A stretch of DNA of 64,000 bases, from NCBI RefSeq assembly GCF_036643215.1, contig NZ_JAVXSJ010000001.1, positions 219,531 to 283,530 of the forward strand. The letters run 5' to 3'. Position numbers and translations under genes: made by a program. Source of the stretch: Comamonas sp. GTDB taxonomy: Bacteria; Pseudomonadota; Gammaproteobacteria; Burkholderiales; Burkholderiaceae_C. How positions within the stretch are numbered: position 1 is the first letter of the stretch; every line of letters starts with the position of its first letter. Below are positions 1 through 13,784 of this stretch, piece by piece. Under the pieces are notes generated by a model that was given only the letters and a program-made list of their open reading frames with translations, was not told the origin of the DNA and ran no database searches.

Positions 1-1280
1 GTAATGCCGCGCGGCTGCTGCAGAATTTTCATGAAGGTGGCGCGGTTCACCGGGTCATGGCGAAAAGCGCTGTCCATCACATCGCGGCTGGCATACAGCG
101 CGCGCAGGGTGCGGGTGGAAAGGCCGGTCAGCCCCTCATGCTGCTCATACATGAGAAAAGTCTCAAGAATCGCATGTGGGTCGCGCTCGTACAGGTCGTC
201 GCTGACGACTTCAATGGCGCCAGCCTTCTCGCAAAAGCGCTCGTTCAGGCGAATCAGCTCATGCGAGCTGGGGTTCAGGCGCTCCTCAATGCTCATGCGC
301 ACAATCTGGCACAGCTGCGTGACGGCTTTTGCCGCCCAGTAGTAGTGGCGCATCAGCGTCTCACCTGCGCGCATGGCCAGCTTGCGGCCTTCGGGCGTGG
401 TGGATCGGTAACCAAAGGCCTCAGCCACGGCGGTTTGCAAGTCAAACACCAGACGGTCTTCATGCCGACCCGCTGCTGCGTGCAGGCGGGCGCGGATCAG
501 GCTGAGCAGCGATTCATTGGATTCGAGCTGCTGCACCTCAAACGGGGTAATCAGACCTTGCTCGGCCAGCTCATGCCAGCTGCAGCCCAAACCTGCGGCC
601 TTGGTGAGCCAGAGCATGGTGTGCAGATCGCGCAGGCCGCCGGGAGATTCCTTGCAATTGGGCTCTAGCGAATACGGCGTGAAGTCATATTTGGCATGAC
701 GCTGGCGCATCTCCAGAATCTTGCCTTCGACAAACGCCTTGGGCTCCAGCTGCGCGCGGAACTGGCTTTCAAAATCGGCGAACAGGGGCTGGTTGCCGGT
801 GATGCGGCGTGACTCCAGCATAGCGGTCTGCACCGTCAGGTCTTGCGCGGCTTCCTGCAAGCATTCGGCAATGCTGCGCACACTGGAGCCAATTTCAAGC
901 CCCGCATCCCAGCAACTGCTGATGAATTGCTCGATACGTGCTGCAATTTCAGGAGCAGGCTGCGCCCCACTTTGGGGCAGAAGCACCAACACATCAATGT
1001 CTGAATAAGGAAAGAGCTGGGCACGCCCATAGCCACCCACGGCCAGCAGGGCTGCGGTCTCTGGCATTAGCGCCCGCTGCCAGAGTGTGCGCAGCAGGCC
1101 ATCGGCCAGTTCACTGAAATGGTGCAGCACACCCCGAACGCTGCGCCGGCCCAGAGCCGGGTTTTGCAGCAGCGCTATCTGCTTGGCCTTAGCCGTGCGG
1201 AATTCCTCGCGCAGAGTTTGCAGCGAGAGTTGATCGGGCGCATCAGGCGCGGTGGCAGGAGAGAGGGCAGAGGAGGTCAT
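1..1280 (-). CDS. glnD: [protein-PII] uridylyltransferase, N-terminal part (runs off the window start)
   Basis: Not in the ORF track. Manual minus-strand translation from ATG 1280 gives MTSSALSPA...LLAVGGYGRAQLFPYSDIDVLVLLP, the GlnD nucleotidyltransferase motif; it lies downstream of map, a common arrangement. Confidence 0.93.
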   Translation of the reverse strand, partial: MTSSALSPATAPDAPDQLSLQTLREEFRTAKAKQIALLQNPALGRRSVRGVLHHFSELADGLLRTLWQRALMPETAALLAVGGYGRAQLFPYSDIDVLVLLPQSGAQPAPEIAARIEQFISSCWDAGLEIGSSVRSIAECLQEAAQDLTVQTAMLESRRITGNQPLFADFESQFRAQLEPKAFVEGKILEMRQRHAKYDFTPYSLEPNCKESPGGLRDLHTMLWLTKAAGLGCSWHELAEQGLITPFEVQQLESNESLLSLIRARLHAAAGRHEDRLVFDLQTAVAEAFGYRSTTPEGRKLAMRAGETLMRHYYWAAKAVTQLCQIVRMSIEERLNPSSHELIRLNERFCEKAGAIEVVSDDLYERDPHAILETFLMYEQHEGLTGLSTRTLRALYASRDVMDSAFRHDPVNRATFMKILQQPRGI

Positions 1281-1469
1281 GCGCAGCAGAAAAAGGGTTT
1301 CAACAGGGCAATTGCTTAACTACCACCTTAACTCAACTGACTTGGGCTTGAAGCCGGTGTCTGCAAAAAGGTGAGCGCAAAGCGCTTGCGACACAAGGGT
1401 TGCAAGCAAAAAATATGCCGCAACCAGTCTGGCTGGGTGCGGCATGATCCTCGGGCAGCTGAAAAATGA

Positions 1470-2282
1470 TCAGGTGCGTATGGCTTTGATGAAATCTGGG
1501 GGCGTGGGAGAGCCATCCGACCAGGTCAGCACGTCATAGCCGGTCTTGGTAACGGCCAGCATCAGCTCCCATTGGGCGGTCAGGCTGCGGTCTTTGGTAA
1601 TCACAGTCCAGCCATCGGGCATGGCTTTGATGTCGCGCTTGCCCAGGTTCAGCATGGGCTCAATGGTGAAGACCATGCCTTCTTCCAGTACCACGCCGTC
1701 GCCGGGGCGGCCGTAGTGCAGCACCTGTGGCTCGTCGTGAAAGACTTTGCCAATGCCGTGGCCGCAGTACTCACGCACCACGGTCAGGTTGTGGCCTTCG
1801 GCAAAAGTCTGGATGGCGTGGCCAATATCGCCCAGCGTGGCGCCGGGCTTGACCTGCTCGATACCCTTCCACATGGCTTCAAACGTCAGCTTGCTCAGAC
1901 GCTTACCAGCAATCGTGCCGTCACCGATCAGGAACATACGGCTGTTGTCGCCAAACCAGCCGTCATCGGTAATCACGGTCACGTCCACATTGACGATATC
2001 GCCCTTCTTCAGTGGCTTGTCATTGGGAATGCCGTGGCAGACCACGTGGTTGACCGAGGTGCAGACATAGGCCGGGTAGGGCGTCATGCCCGGCGGCTGA
2101 TAGCCCAGGCAGGCGGTCTTGGTGCCTTGTTCGGCCATGCGCGCGGCGCACAGGTCGTCGATCTGCTGGGTGGTGATGCCCGGCTTGATGTGGGGGGTGA
2201 TGTAGTCCAGCACATCCGAAGCAAAGCGGCCAGCAATGCGCATGCGCTCGATGTCTTCGGGGGTTTTCAGTGTGATGCTCAT
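1470..2282 (-). CDS. map: Type I methionine aminopeptidase
   Basis: Motifs CTSVNHVVCHGIP, DVTV..DGWFGD, YCGHGIG..FH, FTIEPM. Start moved to MSITLKT (2282) from the ORF-track start at 2429. Confidence 0.96.
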   Translation of the reverse strand: MSITLKTPEDIERMRIAGRFASDVLDYITPHIKPGITTQQIDDLCAARMAEQGTKTACLGYQPPGMTPYPAYVCTSVNHVVCHGIPNDKPLKKGDIVNVDVTVITDDGWFGDNSRMFLIGDGTIAGKRLSKLTFEAMWKGIEQVKPGATLGDIGHAIQTFAEGHNLTVVREYCGHGIGKVFHDEPQVLHYGRPGDGVVLEEGMVFTIEPMLNLGKRDIKAMPDGWTVITKDRSLTAQWELMLAVTKTGYDVLTWSDGSPTPPDFIKAIRT

Positions 2283-2455
2283 GGGGGAATTATCCCATCG
2301 CGGGCTTGAACTTGCAGGGGCAAGGGACGCGAGGTCCTGGGGTAAGCCCGAGGGACGGTAAAATGTGAGGCTCACCGATACAGTGCCTTGGCTTTGACCT
2401 TTAACGGGTCGAGGCGGGGGCGCATTCACCAGCCTTCACATAAACAGGCCGCCAC

Positions 2456-6466
<4,011 letters not shown>

Positions 6467-6510
6467 TGTTTCAGCGCCGCTGAGAGTTAAACGCTCTTCG
6501 TAAAAAGCAG

Positions 6511-6542
6511 AAGCCGGTTGACGCAAGTCAGCCGGCTTTTTT
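6511..6542 (+). terminator. Intrinsic terminator after purL
   Basis: aagccggttgac-gcaa-gtcagccggctt followed by a T run. Confidence 0.8.
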
Positions 6543-6670
6543 GCTTCGTGAATTTTTATTTTGTTTCAGCTGGAGGCCCTGGCTCTGGTGTTAGGCTGAT
6601 GCCCGGTAAACGACTGGCCCTGCTTCAGGCGGGCAAGTCTCAAACAATGCGCAGACTCGCGATTCAGAGA

Positions 6671-6726
6671 TCAATAGGCCTCTAGCGCTTGCTACATAAG
6701 TGTATGCAGCTACCAAATTTGAATGC
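6671..6726 (+). repeat. REP-like palindrome copy upstream of the SWIM gene
   Basis: ggcctctagcgcttgctacataagtgtatgcagctaccaaa. Confidence 0.7.
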
Positions 6727-6754
6727 AGCAACTTGATCGAACGGGGGATCATCG

Positions 6755-8167
6755 GTGTCGCGTGTATTAGCTACAGAAGCAGAAGTTCTGGCCTTGTCGC
6801 CGGATGCCGCTTCGTCCAAAGCCGCCAAAGGGCTGCAGTCCATCAGCAAATGGCCTACCGTGGGCAGCAACAATGTCGCAGTCTGGGGCGAATGCCAGGG
6901 TAGTGGCAGCAAGCCCTATCAAACCCAGGTCGACCTTAGCGGCCCGGCCTTCAAGTGCAGCTGCCCCAGCCGCAAATTTCCCTGCAAGCATGGCCTGGCG
7001 TTGATGCTGCTGCGTGCGGCAGGTCAGGTGCCCGAAGGTGGTGAATCACCAGAATGGGTCAATGCCTGGTTGGGTGGTAGACAAGACAAGGCCGAGAAAA
7101 AAGAGGCCAAGGCAGCAGCCATTGCTGCTGCGCCCGCTGCCGATCCTGAAGTCCTTGCCAAACAGCAGGCCAAGCGTGATGACAAACGCTGGGACAAAGT
7201 ATCTGCCGGTATGCAGGAGCTGTCGCTGTGGATGCAGGACATGGTGCGCACGGGCCTGGCCAATCAGTCCAGCGATGTGCAAGCCCGTCAGCACTGGCAC
7301 ACCATGGCTGCACGTATGGTCGATGCGCAGGCGACTGGCATGTCCGCCCGCATTAAAGAGGCATGGGAAGTGGTGGACAGCCACCCCAACTGGGCGCGTG
7401 ACTTGCTGGTGCAGCTGGGGCATTGGCAGTTGCTGGTCGATGCTGTTGAGCGCCGCGAGTCGCTGAGCCCCGAGGTCAAAGCTGATGTCATGGCAGCGCT
7501 GGGCTGGCCCATGGACAAGGTCGAGGTGCAGGCGCTGGGCGAAACCATCAGCGACGACTGGCTGGTGGTCGGCCTGCGCATGCTGGAGCGTGAAGGCCGC
7601 CTGGTTGAGCGCCGCGTCTGGTTGCAAGGTCTGCAGACCGGGCGCATGGCGCTGGTGCTGGACTATTCGCAAGGGGGGCGCGGCTTTGAAACCGCATTGG
7701 TGCCGGGCTCTACCTACCGCAGCCGCTTGAGTTTTTACCCCGGCAATGCCCCGCTGCGGGCAATTGCCGCCAGCGGCGCGCAGGCATTGGGGCCTGCGGA
7801 CGCTGCGCCGTTGAAGCCAGCCGTCCTGGCCCAGCCCTTGCAGCGGCTGAGCCAGCGCATTGCCGCCAATCCTTTGCAGCCCGTCCAGCCGCTGTGGTGC
7901 ACGCAGGCACATCTGGTGTTTGCCGATGGGCAATGGCTGGTGGCCTGGCCCCAAGACAAGGATTCGCACGCGCCGGTCCCTGCCGTGATTGCGGATGAGC
8001 AAGCCTGGCATCTGCTGGCGCTGACGGGCGGTGCGCCCATGGCCTTGTTTGGCGAATGGGAGCCGGGGCCGCAACTGGGGCGCTGGCGTTTGCTCAGCGC
8101 CTGGCAGGCCGATGAATCAGGTCAGATCCTGCGCAAGCTGTGGCAGAACCAGGGAGAAGTTTTATGA
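6755..8167 (+). CDS. SWIM zinc-finger protein (YehQ-like)
   Basis: CxC-x6-CxH motif FKCSCPSRKFPCKH near the N-terminus, then a helical region; GTG start with GGGGGA upstream; first gene of the MoxR/VWA operon. Confidence 0.8.
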   Translation: MSRVLATEAEVLALSPDAASSKAAKGLQSISKWPTVGSNNVAVWGECQGSGSKPYQTQVDLSGPAFKCSCPSRKFPCKHGLALMLLRAAGQVPEGGESPEWVNAWLGGRQDKAEKKEAKAAAIAAAPAADPEVLAKQQAKRDDKRWDKVSAGMQELSLWMQDMVRTGLANQSSDVQARQHWHTMAARMVDAQATGMSARIKEAWEVVDSHPNWARDLLVQLGHWQLLVDAVERRESLSPEVKADVMAALGWPMDKVEVQALGETISDDWLVVGLRMLEREGRLVERRVWLQGLQTGRMALVLDYSQGGRGFETALVPGSTYRSRLSFYPGNAPLRAIAASGAQALGPADAAPLKPAVLAQPLQRLSQRIAANPLQPVQPLWCTQAHLVFADGQWLVAWPQDKDSHAPVPAVIADEQAWHLLALTGGAPMALFGEWEPGPQLGRWRLLSAWQADESGQILRKLWQNQGEVL

Positions 8168-9942
8168 GCAGCACCCATTTATGGGCGGCCTTGCAGCAGT
8201 CCAGCCTGGTCGGCGCCGATCGCTTGCCCGTGCCTGCGGCATTGGTTGCGGGTGCCGATGCATCTCTGTCGCCGACAAGGCAAGCCTTGGAAAGTGCCCT
8301 GCAGCAGCCCGCGACATCGACCGCTGCGCAAGTGCTGCGGGCCAGTGCCGTAGCCGCCGTGCTGGAGCGTGCGGGCTGGACGCCCGGCGCGCAGATCAGA
8401 CTGAGCCAGAGCTTGGCGTTGCCAGCGTTGCCCGCCGCAGAGTCGCGCCATGCACCGCAAAGCGTGCTACTGCTGACCATGATGAAGGATGTGCTGGAGC
8501 ATGGCCCGCGAGACCTGCTGGCCCCCATGTTTCAGAGGCTGAATGAGACCGGCATGCGCCTGTCTCATGAGCTGTTGGTGCCGGCCTTGAATGAAGGTCG
8601 CCAGTCTGTGGAACTGCGCACATGGCTGACGCCGGTGCTGGGCGAGCGTGGCCGCTGGCTGGCAGCGCTGAACCCGCAGTGGGCCTATGCCAGCGGTGTG
8701 CAGGAGACGGCCAACGCCGACCAGATTTGGCAGGAAGGCTCTATCGATCAGCGCGTGGCCTTGCTGCGCGATGAGCGCGCGCGCGATGCAAGCCAGGCAC
8801 GTACCCGGCTGGAAGGCAGCCTCAAAGAGCTCAGCGCCAAAGAGCGCGCACCCATGGTGATGGCGCTGGAAATCAGCCTTTCCATGGACGACGAGCCGCT
8901 GCTGGAAAAGCTACTGACCGACCGCAGCAAGGAGGTGCGCGAAAATGCGGCCCGTCTGCTGTCGCGTATGCCGCAAAGCGCCCATAGCCAGCGTATTACC
9001 TCTTGGCTGCAAGCCATGCTCACCCAGAACACCAAGGGAGAATGGCAGATTGAGCCGCCAGAAGAAGGTAATAAGGATTGGGAGCGCGATGGCATTGCGC
9101 TGCAGCCACCTGCATATATCAAGGGTGTGAAAGCCTGGTGGCTGCAGCAGATGGTGGAGCTGGCACCGCTGGACTTCTGGATGCAGCAGCTGGGCATGAC
9201 GCCTGAGCAGCTGTGGGAGTGGAGCCGCCGCAGTGACTGGAAGACGGCGCTGCGCCAGGGATGGCTGGCAGCCTTGCGCGATCAGCCTGATGTGCGCTGG
9301 ATCGGTCTGCTGCAGACCATGGACCGCGACGCGCGGGCAGAGTCCTTGCTGCCCGCCTTGCTCGACCAGCTCAGTCCCGAGCAGCGCGAGGAGTATTGGC
9401 TGCGCCAGTTGCAGCAGGCCAAGGGCACGCTGATCGACCGCATCAACACGCTGGAAGGCGGCATGCCGGTGGTGGGCGAGTTTTCACTGCTTATGTCCGA
9501 GCGTGTGATGGACGAGCTGGACAAGGCCTTGGGCGGCAAGCAGGCCACGGGCAGCTGGCATAGCTGGCAGGCCGATCAGGCGGTGCTGGTCTGCGCCCGC
9601 AGATTGCATGCGGCCATGTTGCCGCGCTTTGCGCAGCTCTGGCGCCAGTCCGCTCCAGCCCCCGAATCCGTGCCTGAAGCGGCTGTGGATGCCGAATCGC
9701 CCACGGCCGCCGAAACGGCGGTGATGCCCAGGCTGACGCAGCTGTGGCGCAAGCTGGTTTCCAAGACCGACGCCGTGGTGGAAGACGCCACAGCCGCTGT
9801 CGTGGCCAGCACTCTTACGCCAGAGCAGCAAGCCAGACTGGACCGTGCCCGCCTGCGTCCCTGGGATGACGAGCAGGTACTGGCACAACTGAACCGCATT
9901 GTCGATCTGCGCATGGCCTTGCATGCCGAGCTGCGCAGCTGA
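8164..9942 (+). CDS. DUF5691-like alpha-helical (HEAT-like) protein
   Basis: ATGA overlap with the SWIM gene; HEAT-like segment LLEKLLTDRSKEVRENAARLL and LGERGRWLA..NPQW; this position in SWIM-AAA-VWA operons is typical of DUF5691. Confidence 0.65.
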   Translation: MSSTHLWAALQQSSLVGADRLPVPAALVAGADASLSPTRQALESALQQPATSTAAQVLRASAVAAVLERAGWTPGAQIRLSQSLALPALPAAESRHAPQSVLLLTMMKDVLEHGPRDLLAPMFQRLNETGMRLSHELLVPALNEGRQSVELRTWLTPVLGERGRWLAALNPQWAYASGVQETANADQIWQEGSIDQRVALLRDERARDASQARTRLEGSLKELSAKERAPMVMALEISLSMDDEPLLEKLLTDRSKEVRENAARLLSRMPQSAHSQRITSWLQAMLTQNTKGEWQIEPPEEGNKDWERDGIALQPPAYIKGVKAWWLQQMVELAPLDFWMQQLGMTPEQLWEWSRRSDWKTALRQGWLAALRDQPDVRWIGLLQTMDRDARAESLLPALLDQLSPEQREEYWLRQLQQAKGTLIDRINTLEGGMPVVGEFSLLMSERVMDELDKALGGKQATGSWHSWQADQAVLVCARRLHAAMLPRFAQLWRQSAPAPESVPEAAVDAESPTAAETAVMPRLTQLWRKLVSKTDAVVEDATAAVVASTLTPEQQARLDRARLRPWDDEQVLAQLNRIVDLRMALHAELRS

Positions 9943-9976
9943 TCCCCATTTTCTGAATTCATACCGGAAGCACATC

Positions 9977-11059
9977 ATGAGCCAAGTACTACGTCAGCAC
10001 GCCGAGACGCAATTTGCTGAAGAACTCGATGCCCTGCAAAAAGTGGACGACCGCGCGCGTCCGCAGAACTGGAAACTCTCGCCCTGGGCGGTGCTGCAGT
10101 ACCTCATGGGCGGCAAGCTCAGCAACGGCTTTGAGGTCAGTCCCAAATACATCGGTAGCCCGCGTCTGATGGAGATTGCCGTCTCCACCTTGGCCACCGA
10201 CCGCGCCTTGTTGCTCTACGGTGTGCCAGGTACGGCCAAGTCCTGGGTGTCTGAGCATCTGTCGGCTGCCGTGAGTGGCGACTCGACCATGCTGATCCAG
10301 GGCACTGCCGGCACCAGCGAAGAGCAGCTGCGCTATGGCTGGAACTACGCTCAGTTGCTGGCCCACGGTCCTTCGGAGAAGGCGCTGATCCCCAGCCCTC
10401 TGGTTCACGCCATGAAGCTGGGCAAGATTGCCCGCATCGAAGAGCTGACCCGCATCCCCGCCGATGTGCAGGACACCTTGATTACCGTGCTGTCTGAAAA
10501 GACCCTGCCCATTCCTGAGCTCAGCAGCGAAGTGCAGGCCGTGCAGGGCTTCTCGGTCATCGCCACGGCCAACAACCGTGACAAAGGCGTGAACGAACTC
10601 TCCAGCGCCTTGAAGCGCCGCTTCAACACCGTGGTGCTGCCCGTGCCTGCATCGCAAGATGAAGAAGTGCAGATCGTCACCAAGCGCGTGGCCGAACAAG
10701 GCCGGGCGCTGGCCCTGCCCGCCGAGCCGCCAGCCCTGCAGGAAGTGCGCCGCGTGGTGCAGATCTTCCGCGAGCTGCGCAACGGCCAGACCGAAGACGG
10801 CAAGACTGTGCGCGTGAAGTCGCCCAGCTCCACGTTGTCTACGGCTGAGGCAATCTCGGTCATCAACAGCGGCATGGCACTGGCTGGCCACTTTGGCGAC
10901 GGCGTGCTGCGCGCAGGCGATGTGGCCTCTGGCCTGCTGGGTGCGGTCATCAAAGACCCGGTGCAGGACACCGTGGTGTGGAAGGAATATCTGGAAACCG
11001 TGGTTAAGGAACGCAGTGACTGGAAGGATTTGTACCGCGCCTGCCGCGAACAACTGTGA
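9977..11059 (+). CDS. MoxR-family AAA+ ATPase (YehL-like)
   Basis: Walker A GVPGTAKS, Walker B variant IARIEE, sensor-1 ATANNRD, Arg-finger ALKRRF. Start refined to MSQVLRQHAE. Confidence 0.88.
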   Translation: MSQVLRQHAETQFAEELDALQKVDDRARPQNWKLSPWAVLQYLMGGKLSNGFEVSPKYIGSPRLMEIAVSTLATDRALLLYGVPGTAKSWVSEHLSAAVSGDSTMLIQGTAGTSEEQLRYGWNYAQLLAHGPSEKALIPSPLVHAMKLGKIARIEELTRIPADVQDTLITVLSEKTLPIPELSSEVQAVQGFSVIATANNRDKGVNELSSALKRRFNTVVLPVPASQDEEVQIVTKRVAEQGRALALPAEPPALQEVRRVVQIFRELRNGQTEDGKTVRVKSPSSTLSTAEAISVINSGMALAGHFGDGVLRAGDVASGLLGAVIKDPVQDTVVWKEYLETVVKERSDWKDLYRACREQL

Positions 11060-11082
11060 GTTGGCTGCAGTGAATACAGCTC

Positions 11083-11149
11083 TTGATACGTCGTTGCCTT
11101 GCTTTGCCGTAGCGCTGCTACTGTCTGCAGCAAGGACGCCTCGTCTCAA
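11083..11149. repeat. Second, different nested palindrome (CGTC-containing REP-like) between the AAA and DUF5682 genes
   Basis: Nested arms TTGA/TCAA, ACG/CGT, CCTTGCT/AGCAAGG, GTAGC/GCTAC. Confidence 0.5.
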
Positions 11150-11228
11150 CCGCCCATCTGCGATGGGCTGAGCTGTCTTCACTGCTTGAGAAATTGCTAC
11201 GTCCTCCATTCCGCAGCCCGACAAGCCC

Positions 11229-13784
11229 ATGGCCACTTCCGCTGATTTGATTCATTTTTTTGGCATACGCCACCACGGCCCCGGCTGTGCGCGCAGCCTG
11301 CTGCAGGCGCTTGAAGCTTTGCAGCCCGACTGCCTGCTGGTGGAAGGCCCGCCTGAGGGTGAGTCGCTGCTGCCCATGCTGCAAAGCGCCGAACTGCGCC
11401 CGCCCGTGGCCATGCTGGTCTACATGCAGGACACACCCAGTCAGGCGGCGTTTTATCCGTTTGCGGAGTTCTCGCCTGAATGGCAGGCGCTGCAATGGGC
11501 CAGTCGCAACAGCGTTGTCACGCGCTTTATCGATCTGCCCCAGACCCATGCCATGGCCATTGAGCTGGCGCGGCGCGAAGCCTTGAGGCTGGTGGCGGAC
11601 GCGGAGGATGATGCTGCGCAAGAGGGCGAGCTGGCAGTGGATGAGTTGCCTGAAGATGCCGGTGCCGAGGACGCCGTAGAAGCAGAAACGACCGATGTAG
11701 AAGTCACCGTTGAACTGCCCGTCGAAATTCACCGCGACCCGCTGGACTGGCTGGCCCAGGCCGCTGGTTTTGAAGATGGTGAGACCTGGTGGAACCGGCT
11801 GGTGGAAGAGCGCGGCGACAGCGAATCGCTGTTTGAATCTATCAACGAAGCCATGACCGCCGTGCGCAGCGAGCTGGCCAAGGATGGCGAGCACTGGCGC
11901 GGCGAAGCCTATGTGCAGCGCGAGGCATTGCGCGAAGCCCATATGCGCCAGTGCATTCGCGATGCCACCAAGGCCGGTTACCAGCGCATTGCCGTGGTTT
12001 GTGGTGCATGGCATGTACCCGCGCTGCAGCAAAGCGTCACCGCCAAGGCCGATGCAGCCCTGCTCAAGGGCTTGCCCAAGGCCAAGGTCATGGCTACCTG
12101 GGCACCGTGGACTTACCGCAATCTGGCCAGCCACAGCGGTTATGGTGCGGGCGTGACCTCACCGGGCTGGTACCAGCATCTGTGGCGCTGCTATCAGGCA
12201 GATATTGAATCAAACAGGGCTGTAGCGCAGGATGGAAAAGCGCTGGTAGCTATCAAAGAAGGAGCGAGTGGCGGAGTCACTCCCGCCATCAGGCGCACCG
12301 CCGGCTGGCTGACGCGTGTGGCCCATTTGCTGCGTGAAAAAGACCTGGACTGCTCCAGCGCCCACATCATCGAAGCCACGCGACTGGCCGAAAGTCTGGC
12401 CGCGCTGCGGGGTCAGCCCACGCCGGGGCTGGAGGAAATTAACGAATCCATCGTCACCGTCATCTGCATGGGCGAGACTGCGCCGCTGCAGCTGATTGAC
12501 GATGAGCTGACTGTGGGTCATGTGCTGGGCGGCGTGCCTGCCGATGTGCCGCAGGTGCCGCTGCAGCGCGATATGGAGCAGCAGCAAAAGTCGCTGCGCA
12601 TGAAGCCCGAAGCCGCAAGCAAGCTGCTGGCGCTGGACCTGCGCAAGGACATTGATCTGGCGCGCAGCCACTTCGTGCACCGCTTGCGTCTGCTGGGCAT
12701 TGACTGGGGCACGCGCGCGGCTGATGCACAGCGCAACCGCGGCACCTTCCGCGAAAGCTGGCAGCTGCAGTGGGAGCCCGAGCTGGCCGTGCGCATCATC
12801 GAAGCCAGCGTGCATGGTGCCACCGTGGCGCAGGCCGCCACGGCCAAGCTGCGTGCCAGCCTCAAGCCCGACACGGCGCTGCCTGAGATTGCGCAGGCTA
12901 TTGACGATGCGTTGCTGGCCAATTTGCCCCAGCTGGTTGAAGCGCTGATTGAAACCTTGGCTGAGCGTGCCGCCACCACGGGCGATGTGGCCCAGCTGCT
13001 GCAGGCGCTGCCGCCGCTGGCCAATGTGTACCGCTATGGCAGCGTGCGCCAGACAGATACAGCGCTGCTGGCCACGGTGATTGACTCCCTCATCGTGCGC
13101 GCCTCTATCGGCCTGCCCGTGGCCTGCATGGCCATGGATGACGATGCCGCTGCCGCCATGAAGATTAAGGTGCTGGCCGCGCATGACGCCTTGCGTTTGC
13201 GTGGAACGGATGGCAAAGCGCAAGAGGCCGTAGACGCCTGGCGCGCCGCCCTGCGCAGTCTGGCCATGGGCGATGCGGCTGCGGCCTTGCTGCGCGGCAT
13301 GGCCTGCCGATTGCTGCTCGATGAGCATCTGCTGGAAAGCGCCGAGGTGGTGCAGCAGTTCAACCGCAACTTGTCGCTGGGCGCTGCGCCCATGGATGTG
13401 GCGGCTTGGCTGGATGGATTTCTGAACCAGCAGGCGCTGGTGCTGCTGCACGACGAATCCATCTGGGGCGCGATTGATGCGTGGCTCAGCGGGCTGGGCG
13501 AGGTGCAGTTTGCGCAAATTTTGCCGCTGGTGCGCCGCAGCTTTGCCAACTTCAGCAAGCATGAGCGGCAAAGCCTTGGCGAGAAAGCCAAGCGGGTGCC
13601 CGTCTCTGGTGCTGCTGCTGCGGCACCTGTCGCCAGCGACGGAGACGATGCCCCGTGGGACGAGCAACGCGCTGCGCTGGCGCTGCCCGTGCTGAACGCG
13701 CTTCTGGGCCTGAATCTGCCGCAAGCGCTCATAGATCAAGCGCTGAAAGCTACTAATTTTGAAGCGTCTTCTGCCAAGGTGTGA
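11229..13784 (+). CDS. DUF5682-like protein (YehM-like)
   Basis: N-terminal FGIRHHGPG..LLVEGP, REAHM, VVCGAWH, PWTY..L...SGYGAG; 851 aa between the AAA and VWA genes, as in yehLMP. Confidence 0.75.
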   Translation: MATSADLIHFFGIRHHGPGCARSLLQALEALQPDCLLVEGPPEGESLLPMLQSAELRPPVAMLVYMQDTPSQAAFYPFAEFSPEWQALQWASRNSVVTRFIDLPQTHAMAIELARREALRLVADAEDDAAQEGELAVDELPEDAGAEDAVEAETTDVEVTVELPVEIHRDPLDWLAQAAGFEDGETWWNRLVEERGDSESLFESINEAMTAVRSELAKDGEHWRGEAYVQREALREAHMRQCIRDATKAGYQRIAVVCGAWHVPALQQSVTAKADAALLKGLPKAKVMATWAPWTYRNLASHSGYGAGVTSPGWYQHLWRCYQADIESNRAVAQDGKALVAIKEGASGGVTPAIRRTAGWLTRVAHLLREKDLDCSSAHIIEATRLAESLAALRGQPTPGLEEINESIVTVICMGETAPLQLIDDELTVGHVLGGVPADVPQVPLQRDMEQQQKSLRMKPEAASKLLALDLRKDIDLARSHFVHRLRLLGIDWGTRAADAQRNRGTFRESWQLQWEPELAVRIIEASVHGATVAQAATAKLRASLKPDTALPEIAQAIDDALLANLPQLVEALIETLAERAATTGDVAQLLQALPPLANVYRYGSVRQTDTALLATVIDSLIVRASIGLPVACMAMDDDAAAAMKIKVLAAHDALRLRGTDGKAQEAVDAWRAALRSLAMGDAAAALLRGMACRLLLDEHLLESAEVVQQFNRNLSLGAAPMDVAAWLDGFLNQQALVLLHDESIWGAIDAWLSGLGEVQFAQILPLVRRSFANFSKHERQSLGEKAKRVPVSGAAAAAPVASDGDDAPWDEQRAALALPVLNALLGLNLPQALIDQALKATNFEASSAKV
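12208..12265 (+). repeat. REP-like palindrome copy, in frame inside DUF5682
   Basis: aaacagggctgtagcgcaggatggaaaagcgctggtagctatcaaagaaggagc. Confidence 0.75.
13711..13765 (+). repeat. REP-like palindrome copy, in frame at the DUF5682 C-terminus
   Basis: caagcgctcatagatcaagcgctgaaagctactaattttgaagc. Confidence 0.7.

Noticed and set aside
4-1319. Plus-strand ORFs at 4-342, 57-668, 721-1008 and 1119-1319
   Set aside because: They are antisense to glnD, which is supported by its motif but missing from the ORF track because it runs off the window.
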